DNA of 64,000 nucleotides from Pygmaiobacter sp. (GTDB taxonomy: Bacteria; Bacillota; Clostridia; Oscillospirales; Ruminococcaceae): contig JAQVCK010000001.1 of NCBI GenBank assembly GCA_028689835.1, positions 3,394 through 67,393 on the forward strand, given 5' to 3'. Positions 52,665 through 61,170 of the stretch are shown piece by piece. The translations under genes were made by a program, and so were the position numbers. Numbering within the stretch: position 1 is the first letter of the stretch; each line of letters starts with the position of its first letter. The notes under the pieces are model-generated. The model was not told the DNA's origin. It saw only the letters and a program-made list of their open reading frames with translations, and did not search any database.

Positions 52665-53633
52665 ATGCAACCCACACTCACCTTTGCCGATATTGCCACC
52701 GCCCGGCGGCGGCTGGCACGCTACCTTGCCCCCACGCCGTTGGCGCAGGCGTTTTACCTTGGTGACAAGGACACGCGGTACTTTTTTAAATTAGAGTCGC
52801 TGCAACACGCCAAAAGCTTTAAAATACGCGGCGCGCTGAACAAGATGCTCACCCTGACCGCAGAGGAAAAGGCGCGCGGCGTGGCGGCCATTTCGTCCGG
52901 CAACCACGGCAGCTCGGTCAGCTATGCGGCAAAGCTGCTGGGTATCCGCCAAGCGACCATCATTGTGCCGCACGCCACCCCGCAAAGCAAAATAGATAAG
53001 ATATGTTATTTTGGGGCCAAGGTGCTGCGCATGGGGCAAAGCTACGACGAGGCGCATGTGCTTGGCATGGAGTATATCCGCGCCGCGCGCATGACCTATA
53101 TTGACGCCTACGACGAAGACCCGTTAATTTATGCCGGGCAGGGCACCATTGCGCTGGAACTGCTGGAGCAAAACCCCGCCATTGACACCATTGTGGTGCC
53201 GGTGGGCGGCGGCGGGCTGATTACCGGTATTGCCGTGGCGGCCAAGGCGGCAAAACCGGGCATCCGGGTGTTTGGCGTGCAGACAGAGGCCTGCCCCGCG
53301 ATGGTGCGCTCGTACCAGGACGGCAAGCGCTATGCCGAATACCCCAGCGGCGACACGCTGTGCGACGCGCTGGTGGGCGGGGTTGGCACGCTGAGCTATG
53401 CGCTGGCGGGCAGCGTGGTGGACGCCTTTTTTACCGTGACCGAGCAAAGTATTGCCAAGGCGGTGCGCTTTTTGGCGCGGGAAGAAAAGCTGATTGCCGA
53501 AGCCGGCAGCGCCACCACCGTTGCGGCCATTGCCGAGCACGGGCGCGAGATTGGCGGGCGCAATGTGGCGCTAATACTCTCCGGCGGCAACATAGACGGC
53601 GACTTGTTGGCCCGGCTGGTGTGTGATGCCTAG
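52665..53633 (+). CDS. PLP-dependent threonine/serine dehydratase (fold type II, no ACT domain)
   Basis: KLESLQHAKSFKIRGA, SSGNHG, GQGTIALE, PVGGGGLITG, ILSGGN. Confidence 0.9.
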   Translation: MQPTLTFADIATARRRLARYLAPTPLAQAFYLGDKDTRYFFKLESLQHAKSFKIRGALNKMLTLTAEEKARGVAAISSGNHGSSVSYAAKLLGIRQATIIVPHATPQSKIDKICYFGAKVLRMGQSYDEAHVLGMEYIRAARMTYIDAYDEDPLIYAGQGTIALELLEQNPAIDTIVVPVGGGGLITGIAVAAKAAKPGIRVFGVQTEACPAMVRSYQDGKRYAEYPSGDTLCDALVGGVGTLSYALAGSVVDAFFTVTEQSIAKAVRFLAREEKLIAEAGSATTVAAIAEHGREIGGRNVALILSGGNIDGDLLARLVCDA

Positions 53634-53747
53634 CACAAACCCCGCCGCGTTGCCGGGCAAGCGGCTGCAAAAATATAGGTAAATTGCACAAACAGGGCGG
53701 GCTGCTTGCACGCAATTCTTACAAAATGGAAAAAAATAGAAAATTGA

Positions 53748-53777
53748 TTGACAGCAAAACAGTGCGGGTGTTATACT
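53748..53777 (+). promoter_or_regulatory. Promoter of the T-box/cstA transcript
   Basis: TTGACA-N18-TATACT with extended TG. Confidence 0.75.
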
Positions 53778-53799
53778 TCACCGCAACAGAATACACAAA

Positions 53800-54101
53800 A
53801 TGCAGTGAGCAGGAATAAGAGACCGGGCCTATTTTTTGCAGAGAGCCGCCAGCGGGTGAAAGGCGGCAAAAAGGACCCAGTTTCGCTCCCCTGCGAGCAG
53901 TGCGCCGAAGTTTAACAGTAGGCGTCACCGGTACCCCACCGTTAACCGGGGGCTTATTACCATGCGGGGGCGCCCCGCGTGCGATAAGGCAGAGGGGTCG
54001 CCCCACAAAACCGGGCGGCAATCGAAGTGGTAACGCGGACGGCACAACAGCCTTTCGTCTTCGGCAGCAAATAAGCTGCGCGAAGACGGGGGCTGTTTTT
54101 T
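53800..54101 (+). ncRNA. T-box riboswitch (transcriptional) upstream of cstA
   Basis: K-turn GC-AGTGA-GCAGG/CCTGC-GA-GC, AGAGA bulge, GGTGAAAG apical loop, Stem II with GAA/AGTA S-turn, CCGTTA, Stem III, T-box AAGTGGTAACGCGG (UGGU at 54028-54031), terminator 54046-54101. Confidence 0.92.
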
Positions 54102-54170
54102 TGTTCTTGTTTTTGCCCCGCTGCAAGGGCCGGTATTCTGAACTGTGGTGTTTTGGAAAGGAGAAATGAC

Positions 54171-55853
54171 ATGAACGGACTCACACTGGTCGGCATCGCC
54201 ATCGTGGTGTTGTCGTCTGCTTACCTGCTGTACGGGCGGTGGCTGGCAAAAAAATGGGGGGTAGACCCCAAAGCAACCACCCCTGCGGTGGCCAAAGAGG
54301 ATGGGCAGGACTATGTGCCCTCCTCTAAATTTACGGTGTTTGCACACCAGTTTTCTTCCATTGCCGGCGCAGGGCCGGTCACCGGCCCCATTATGGCGGC
54401 TATGTTTGGCTGGATGCCGGTACTGCTTTGGGTGCTGGTGGGCGGCGTGTTTTTTGGAGCCGTGCAAGACTTTGGCGCGCTGTATGCCTCGGTAAAAAAC
54501 GAGGGCAAATCCATGGGCATGCTGATTGAAAAGTACATCGGCAAAACGGGGCGGCGGCTGTTTTTGCTGTTCTGCTGGCTGTTCACCCTGCTGGTCATTG
54601 CGGCGTTTACCGACATTGTGGCATCTACCTTTAACGGGTTTGCGGCAGACGGCACCAAGGTCGTGCCGTCCGCTGCGGCGGCGTCAATTTCGATGCTGTT
54701 CATCGTGGTGGCCATGGTGTTTGGCCTGTTCATCAAATACCGCAAGCCCGGCGGCAAAACGCAGGCGGTGGCGGGCATTGTGCTGCTGGTGGCCATGTTT
54801 GCGGTGGGCATCGCGTTCCCGCTGTATTTTTCTAAAAATGTGTGGATCGTCGTCGTGATGGCCTACCTGTTTTTGGCGTCGGTCATGCCGATGTGGCTGT
54901 TGATGCAACCGCGTGATTACCTTTCTACCTTTATGCTGCTGGGCATGATTGCCGGTGCGGTGGCTGGGGTGTTTGTCGCCCGCCCCGCCATGAACCTGCC
55001 GGCCTTTACCGGGTTTGAGGTCAATGGTAAAATGCTGTTCCCTGCGCTGTTCATCACCATTGCCTGCGGCGCGGTGTCGGGCTTTCACAGCCTGGTGTCA
55101 TCGGGCACCTCATCCAAAACGGTGCGAAACGAAAAAGATATGCTGATGGTCGGCTACGGTGCCATGATGGTTGAATCACTGCTGGGCATTTTGGCACTGG
55201 TGGTTGTGGGCGCCGCGGCAACGGGCGGCGTACTGCCGGAGGGCACGCCGTTTCAAATTTTCTCGGCATCGGTCGCGGGCTTTTTGACCCTGTTCGGCGT
55301 GCCGCAAAACATTGCCGTCGCCTTTATGACGATGTGCGTTTCGGCGTTGGCGCTCACTTCGCTTGACTCGGTGGCCCGCATTGGCCGCATGTCGCTACAA
55401 GAGCTGTTTACCCCGGCTGAAGGCGAAGTGATGGGGCCGGTGCGCAAGCTGATGACCAACCGCTATGTGGCAACGGTGCTGACGTTGGGCTTTGGCTGGC
55501 TGCTGTGCCTTGGCGGGTACAAAAACGTGTGGCCGCTGTTTGGCTCTGCCAACCAGCTACTTGCGGCATTGGTGCTGATTGCGCTGGCCGTGTTTTTGCG
55601 CACGACCGGCCGCTCCGGCTGGATGCTGTACGGGCCGATGGGCGTGATGCTCGTCGTCACCTTTACCGCACTGGTGCAGGCGGTGATTGGCATCGGCAAA
55701 AAAATCTTTGTCACCGGTGATTTTGTGTTTTTGACCGACGGCTTGCAGCTGATTATGGCGCTGGCCCTCACCTGCCTTGGCGTGCTGGTGGCGGCAAGCT
55801 GCTTTAAAAAGCTGGCCGCACCCAAAGAACAAGAAGTAAAAAAAGCCGCGTAA
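54171..55853 (+). CDS. cstA: Carbon starvation protein A (CstA)-family transporter
   Basis: TPAVAKEDGQDYVP, HQFSSIAGAGPVTGP, GAVQDF, QPRDYLS, ITIACGAVSGFHSL, WPLFGSANQLLA. Confidence 0.94.
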   Translation: MNGLTLVGIAIVVLSSAYLLYGRWLAKKWGVDPKATTPAVAKEDGQDYVPSSKFTVFAHQFSSIAGAGPVTGPIMAAMFGWMPVLLWVLVGGVFFGAVQDFGALYASVKNEGKSMGMLIEKYIGKTGRRLFLLFCWLFTLLVIAAFTDIVASTFNGFAADGTKVVPSAAAASISMLFIVVAMVFGLFIKYRKPGGKTQAVAGIVLLVAMFAVGIAFPLYFSKNVWIVVVMAYLFLASVMPMWLLMQPRDYLSTFMLLGMIAGAVAGVFVARPAMNLPAFTGFEVNGKMLFPALFITIACGAVSGFHSLVSSGTSSKTVRNEKDMLMVGYGAMMVESLLGILALVVVGAAATGGVLPEGTPFQIFSASVAGFLTLFGVPQNIAVAFMTMCVSALALTSLDSVARIGRMSLQELFTPAEGEVMGPVRKLMTNRYVATVLTLGFGWLLCLGGYKNVWPLFGSANQLLAALVLIALAVFLRTTGRSGWMLYGPMGVMLVVTFTALVQAVIGIGKKIFVTGDFVFLTDGLQLIMALALTCLGVLVAASCFKKLAAPKEQEVKKAA

Positions 55854-55874
55854 GGCAGCTTTAAAACTAGTTGC

Positions 55875-55914
55875 ACAAAAACCCTGCTGCAAGTGTTTGC
55901 AGCAGGGCTTTTGT
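55875..55914. terminator. Bidirectional terminator between cstA and argH
   Basis: ACAAAAACCCTGCTGCAA-GTGT-TTGCAGCAGGGCTTTTGT. Confidence 0.8.
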
Positions 55915-55991
55915 TTGTTTTGGGTACGGCGCATTGGCTGGCCGGGGGTTGGGCCGGGTACACCCAATTCACACCCTGAAAGGGATGCCGT

Positions 55992-57329
55992 TTACAGCAT
56001 TTCGCTTTTAATCCCCTTATTTAAAATGGTATCGTAGGCAATGTAGTCAAAAATATCCTCGCTGAACACCGGGCAAAAGGCTTGCAGCTCGGGCAGGGTC
56101 AGCGCCTCAATGGCTTTGCCCGCCTCTTCGCAGTGCAGCACAATCTGCCCCACAATGCCGTGGGCATCGCGGAACGGCACCCCCTTTTTCACTAAATAAT
56201 CCGCCACTTCGGTCGCGTTTAAAAAGCCCTTTTTCACGGCTTCGCGCATCACTTCGGGCTTTGCGGTCAGGGTGGCAATCATCCGCTCCATCAGCTTCAG
56301 TGCGCCGGTCACCACCCACAGCGCGTCGGCAAAGGCGTTTTTGTCCTCTTGCAAATCCTTGTTATAAGCAAGCGGCAGGCCTTTCATTGCCACCAGCAGC
56401 GTAAACAAATCGCCGTATACCCGCCCGGTGCGCCCGCGAATCAGCTCGGCCCCGTCGGCGTTTTTCTTTTGCGGCATAATGCTGGAGCCGGTCGTGTACT
56501 TGTCGTTTAGCACCACAAAGCCAAACTCGGCGCTGGCCCAAAGCACCAACTCTTCGGCCAGCCGCGACAGGTGCATCATTAAAATGCTGAACGCGGCCAG
56601 CGTTTCCAGCACAAAGTCGCGGTCGGCTACGCCGTCTAAAAAATTGGGGCAGGGCCCGCCCTCAAAGCCCAGCAGCTCGGCGGTGTACGCGCGGTCAATG
56701 CTGTGGGTGGTACCGGCCAGTGCCCCGCAGCCCAACGGCGACTGCCCCATGTTGTCCATGGCGGCCAGCAGCCGTTTTTTGTCGCGGCCCATCATTTCGG
56801 CATAGGCCAGCAGGTGGTGTTTAAAGGTCACCACCTGTGCCCGCTGCAAATGGGTATAGCCCGGCATCTGCCACGGGTTTTGGTCGGCCTTCGTTTGCAG
56901 CGTCGCCACAAAGGTGTCAATCAGCCCCACCACCTCGGCAGCCTTGGCGTGCACGTATAGCTTCATGTCCACATTGGTCTGGTCGTTGCGGCTGCGCGCG
57001 GTGTGCAGCTTTTTGCCCACGTCGCCCACCCGGCGAATCAGGTTCAGCTCCACAAAGGTATGCACGTCCTCATACTCCGGCCCGTAACTCAGGGTGCCGG
57101 CCTCAAAATCCTGCAAAATGCCTTGCAGGCCCGCCGTCAGGGTTTCGCCCTCTTCGGCGGTCAGCATGCCGCATTTCACCTGCATCGCCACATGGGCAAG
57201 GCTGCCGGTGACGTCCGGCTGCACCAGCCATTCGGTGTGGCAACCCGCGCTGTCATAGTCGCGCAGCAGGGTGTCCTCTTCTTCACGGAAACGCCCGCCC
57301 CACAATTTGGTTTCATATGCGTCTGCCAT
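55992..57329 (-). CDS. argH: Argininosuccinate lyase
   Basis: KLWGGRF, EDVHTFVE, KLHTARSRNDQ, MPGYTHLQRAQ, TGSSIMPQKKN, LPLAYNKDLQEDK. Confidence 0.97.
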   Translation of the reverse strand: MADAYETKLWGGRFREEEDTLLRDYDSAGCHTEWLVQPDVTGSLAHVAMQVKCGMLTAEEGETLTAGLQGILQDFEAGTLSYGPEYEDVHTFVELNLIRRVGDVGKKLHTARSRNDQTNVDMKLYVHAKAAEVVGLIDTFVATLQTKADQNPWQMPGYTHLQRAQVVTFKHHLLAYAEMMGRDKKRLLAAMDNMGQSPLGCGALAGTTHSIDRAYTAELLGFEGGPCPNFLDGVADRDFVLETLAAFSILMMHLSRLAEELVLWASAEFGFVVLNDKYTTGSSIMPQKKNADGAELIRGRTGRVYGDLFTLLVAMKGLPLAYNKDLQEDKNAFADALWVVTGALKLMERMIATLTAKPEVMREAVKKGFLNATEVADYLVKKGVPFRDAHGIVGQIVLHCEEAGKAIEALTLPELQAFCPVFSEDIFDYIAYDTILNKGIKSEML

Positions 57330-57351
57330 CGTCGTTCCTCCAGCACTATGT

Positions 57352-57388
57352 TTTGCATAATTATACACTTATAAATACAAAAATGCAA
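57352..57388 (-). promoter_or_regulatory. argH promoter with an overlapping ARG box
   Basis: TTGCAT-N17-TATAAT on the minus strand; near-palindrome TGCATAATTATACA (57354-57367) covering the -10 element resembles an ArgR/AhrC operator. Confidence 0.65.
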
Positions 57389-57691
57389 CAAAAAAACTAA
57401 AAATACAAAAATAAAGAATATTTTCTCACACAAAGGGGCCTGCCGGTGCTAGCCTCCCCCGCAACGGCGCAAAACGGGCACGGCAACCCGCGGCACAGCG
57501 GTTGGCAGCGCCGGGTGCCAGTGTGGAGGCGGTAATGCCCGCCCGCAGGCCCCAAAAGTGCAAATTAAGGCAACTGCAGTGCAAAAATTTAAAATCGACT
57601 TATGGCCCGCCCCATGTTAGGATGAAGCCAGAACCCCACCCGGCGTGCCAGCCGGCGCGCGGCAGGGGCAATGACGAAAGGCGGCTTTTGT

Positions 57692-58546
57692 ATGGGATAT
57701 CGCAGTGATAACATCGACGAAAAGGGCCTGCTGTTTGGCAAATGGTGCATCAAAGAGGGGCTTTGGGCCATCACCAACCGCTGGCAAAATTTTATGTATC
57801 TGCTTGTCGGCAGCGAAAAGGCACTGCTGATTGACACCGGCTACGGCGAGGGCAACCTGCGCGAGGTGGTCGAATCGATTACCGATTTGCCGGTGCTGGT
57901 CGTGAACACCCACGGCCATTTTGACCACAGCGGCGGCAATGGCTGGTGGACGGAGGTGTTTCTTGCCCCAGAGGGTGAAGCGGCCACAAAACAGCCGTTT
58001 TCTCCCCAGCAGGAGGCATGGTACGCGGCAAAGCCCCACCGAGACTACGCCATTCACCCGCTGCACGACGGCGATGTGTTTGACCTTGGCGGCTCTCGCA
58101 CGGTAGAGGTACTGCCCATCCCCGCCCACCACGAAAGCAGTATTGCCCTGTTAGACCACGGCAGCCGGGTGCTGTTTACCGGGGACGAGCTGGAGGCCGG
58201 GCAGGTGCTGCTGTTTGTGCGCGCGCAAAACCGGCCGCTTGCGGGTGTGGTGGCGGCCCACCGCGCCAACCTGCAAAAGCTGGCCGCGCGCCGCGCGCAG
58301 TACGACTTTATCTGCCCGGCCCACAACGGGGTGATGTTGCAGCCGGATGTGTATTTGAACGATTTTATCGCGCTGGACGACGCATTGCTGGCCGGCACCG
58401 CCGTGCCCCAGCCGGACACCGCGGGCTTTGGCTTTGCGCCCAGCAGCAAAGAGGCCGGTTTTTTTGAGCGCTTTGGCCCGTTGCAGCGCGTGCAGCACGG
58501 GCAGGCGTCGCTGGTGTACCAGCAGGAACAGGGGGAAGAAATATGA
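57692..58546 (+). CDS. MBL-fold metallo-hydrolase
   Basis: LLIDTG, NTHGHFDHSGG (HxHxDH), LFTGD, CPAHNG. Confidence 0.9.
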   Translation: MGYRSDNIDEKGLLFGKWCIKEGLWAITNRWQNFMYLLVGSEKALLIDTGYGEGNLREVVESITDLPVLVVNTHGHFDHSGGNGWWTEVFLAPEGEAATKQPFSPQQEAWYAAKPHRDYAIHPLHDGDVFDLGGSRTVEVLPIPAHHESSIALLDHGSRVLFTGDELEAGQVLLFVRAQNRPLAGVVAAHRANLQKLAARRAQYDFICPAHNGVMLQPDVYLNDFIALDDALLAGTAVPQPDTAGFGFAPSSKEAGFFERFGPLQRVQHGQASLVYQQEQGEEI

Positions 58547-59676
58547 AAGGGCCAAAGTATGACGCCTTGGTGCAAAGCCTGTCGCAGGGTGCGGTGGTGC
58601 GGCAACTGCGGGGCACGCCGGTAGAGCTGCGCAGCTGTGCCGACCGCCGCGAGGGAGAGGTAGACCCGCGCACGGCGGCAGCGGCGGGGCTGAACCGCGC
58701 CGAATTTTTGCGCGACAAATACGCCCTTGACCCCGAGCTTTGGGCAAACGAAGAACATTTGTTTGGCCCCAAAGACCCGCAGGGCCTCACCCCGCTGGAG
58801 TTGCTGCGGGTACAGTTCGGCTGGGTTAGCAGTGACCTGTCCTGCGGCATCCGCACGCTGCGGCGCAGTGTGCAAACACCGGCGGGTCCTGTCCCCGTGT
58901 GGCAGTACGAGCTGCTTACAGCCCGCACCGACCGGCCCTGCGTCGTGTTTTTTCACGGCGGCGGTTTTTTTGCGGGCATCATCCCCACGGTGGAAAACCA
59001 GTGCAAGCTGCTGGCCCAGCTGATGGGCGGTGTCGTGCTGGCGGTCGATTACCCCTTGGCGCCCGAGCACCCCTACCCCGCCGGGTTTGACGCCTGCTAT
59101 GCCGCGCTGTGCTGGGCGCACGGGGAGGCAGAAGAGCTTGGCATCAGCCCGGATAAAATCGGCGTGATGGGCGATTCTGCCGGGGGCAACCTTGCGCTGG
59201 CCTGTGCGCTGCGCGACCGCGATGAGGGCGCCGGCCGCGTCGGCTGCCAGGTGCTCATCTACCCCACCCTCTCGCGCAGCGAGGGGCCGCAGGACGGCGA
59301 TTACTTTTTTGACGAAGCGCTGTACCACAACCCACACGGGGATGCGCTGATTGACGAGCAGATTCACCTGATTGGCAGCATGGCACACCAGACAAACGCG
59401 TGGTACCTGCCGGCGGGGCAAAACGCGCGGGTGCCCTACCTGCACCCGCTTGCCGCCCCATGCACTGGGTTGCCCCAAACCCTGCTGCTGACGGCGGAGT
59501 ACGACTTTTTGTACGCCGAATGTGAGGAGTATACCCGCCGTTTGCAGGCAGCCGGGGTGCCGGTGCGGCACATCCGGTACGGGGGCATTTTTCACGGTAC
59601 GTTTGACCGGCTGGGCTATGCCCCGCAGGTGGAGGATATGCTGCTTTGTGCCGCGCAGGCCATGCGGGCACTGTGA
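58543..59676 (+). CDS. Alpha/beta hydrolase, HSL-type esterase
   Basis: FFHGGGF, DYPLAPEHPYPA, GDSAGGNLA, AEYDFL, GIFHG. Confidence 0.92.
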   Translation: MKGPKYDALVQSLSQGAVVRQLRGTPVELRSCADRREGEVDPRTAAAAGLNRAEFLRDKYALDPELWANEEHLFGPKDPQGLTPLELLRVQFGWVSSDLSCGIRTLRRSVQTPAGPVPVWQYELLTARTDRPCVVFFHGGGFFAGIIPTVENQCKLLAQLMGGVVLAVDYPLAPEHPYPAGFDACYAALCWAHGEAEELGISPDKIGVMGDSAGGNLALACALRDRDEGAGRVGCQVLIYPTLSRSEGPQDGDYFFDEALYHNPHGDALIDEQIHLIGSMAHQTNAWYLPAGQNARVPYLHPLAAPCTGLPQTLLLTAEYDFLYAECEEYTRRLQAAGVPVRHIRYGGIFHGTFDRLGYAPQVEDMLLCAAQAMRAL

Positions 59677-59701
59677 CCGCCGTACCGCAGACACTTATTT
59701 A

Positions 59702-59735
59702 AAAAGCCGCCGGGGCGCCCGCCCCGGCGGCTTTT
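59702..59735 (+). terminator. Intrinsic terminator
   Basis: AAAAGCCGCCGGGGC-GCCC-GCCCCGGCGGCTTTT. Confidence 0.75.
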
Positions 59736-59755
59736 CAACACTGCAAAGCGCAAAA

Positions 59756-59813
59756 AGTGCAAAAAATGTATCGCAGCGCAAAAAAAGTATCTGCCAGTGC
59801 AAAAAAGGTATCG
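59756..59813 (+). repeat. Three direct repeats AG(T/C)GCAAAAAA(N)GTATC upstream of the sugar ABC promoter
   Basis: Copies start at 59756, 59775 and 59796; TATAAT at 59856. Confidence 0.75.
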
Positions 59814-59928
59814 AATTCACAAAATGTTGGAATTTTGCGAAACAACCGGGGCCCCTATAATGAGACTTGTAGAGGAAAGGCATTCGGCCTTTCTGTAAAA
59901 AGGAGAAACTTCAAGGAGGAAAATCACA

Positions 59929-61008
59929 ATGAAAAAAGCAATGTCTCTTGTACTGGCTTTCGCACTGGTGCTCAGCCTTGCCGCTTGTGGTGGCAGCAGC
60001 AGCGCCCCGGCCGCTTCGTCGGGTGCAGCGTCCACCGCGTCATCCACCGCGGGCGCACAGCCGGTTGCCGGTGTGTGCTGGTACAACTTTGGTGATACCT
60101 TTATCGCCAATGCCCGCCAGACCCTGAACGACGCGGCAGCCGCCGACGGCACCGTCAAGGTAATCGACGCCGACAGCCAGAACGATGTTGCCACCCAGAC
60201 GAGCAACATGAACAACTTTTACACGCAGGGCGTTGACTACATGGTGCTGAACAACATCAACAACAACGCCATCACCGAGCTGATCCAGCAGGCAAAAGAC
60301 AAAGGCGTGACGCTGATTTTTGCCAACAGCAACAGCCCTACCGACGAAGAGTTTGCGCTGTACGACAACGTGTACCATGTTTCGTCGATGGCACCCCAGT
60401 CCGGCACCATCATCGGCGAGGCACTGGCAAAATACTGGCAGGAGCACCCGGAAGCCGACCGCAATGGCGACGGCAAGCTGAATTACGTCATGCTGCTGGG
60501 CATTCAGGGCCACTATGACACCACCGTGCGCAGCGAGTACTCGGTCAAGGCACTGAACGACGCCGGCATCGAGACCGAAGCCGTGCAGGAAGCCATCTGC
60601 AACTACCAGCGTGCCGACGCACAAAACCAGATGGCCTCCATTTTGCAAGCGCGCAAAGACGACGTAGAGGCAGTCATTGCCTGCAACGACGACATGGCGC
60701 TGGGCGCAATCGAAGCACTGAAAGCCGCCGGCTTCTTTGCAGATGACGCCAGCTACATCCCGGTTGTCGGCGTGGACGCGACCAAGGTCGGCGTCGAAGC
60801 CATCAAAGACGGCACCATGCTGTGCACCGCGCTCAACAACCCCGTTATCCTGGGCAACTCGGTTTATAACCTGACAAAGCTGCTGAGCGAGGGCAAAGAG
60901 CTGACGCAGGAGAACCTTGGCATGGACGGCGTGACGGTGGAAGGCCACCACATCTACATCAACTATGTGGGCATCACCAAAGACAACACGGACGACGCCG
61001 CTTATTGA
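59929..61008 (+). CDS. mglB: Galactose/glucose-type sugar ABC substrate-binding lipoprotein (MglB-like)
   Basis: Lipobox LAAC, YNFGDTFI, DSQND...Q, DRNGDGKLNYVML, ACNDDMALGA, VVGVDAT. Confidence 0.85.
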   Translation: MKKAMSLVLAFALVLSLAACGGSSSAPAASSGAASTASSTAGAQPVAGVCWYNFGDTFIANARQTLNDAAAADGTVKVIDADSQNDVATQTSNMNNFYTQGVDYMVLNNINNNAITELIQQAKDKGVTLIFANSNSPTDEEFALYDNVYHVSSMAPQSGTIIGEALAKYWQEHPEADRNGDGKLNYVMLLGIQGHYDTTVRSEYSVKALNDAGIETEAVQEAICNYQRADAQNQMASILQARKDDVEAVIACNDDMALGAIEALKAAGFFADDASYIPVVGVDATKVGVEAIKDGTMLCTALNNPVILGNSVYNLTKLLSEGKELTQENLGMDGVTVEGHHIYINYVGITKDNTDDAAY

Positions 61009-61170
61009 TCCGCAGTAAAACAGGCCCAGCCCCGCAGCGCGGGTAACCCCCCGGCGGGCGACGCCCCGGGGCGGGCTGATACGGTCGGGCACGCTTTGCG
61101 GGCCCGGCTGTTTTTTGAAAAATGCAACGGCAGGTGCCCGCCGGCACCTGTGACAGATTGGAGGATCAGT

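Noticed and set aside
58054-59694. 546-aa antisense ORF, and similar long shadow ORFs (13289-14401, 51087-52076, 60040-61092, 34580-35677)
   Set aside because: They lie opposite well-supported genes, show no family motifs or RBS, and are expected from GC-rich codon bias.
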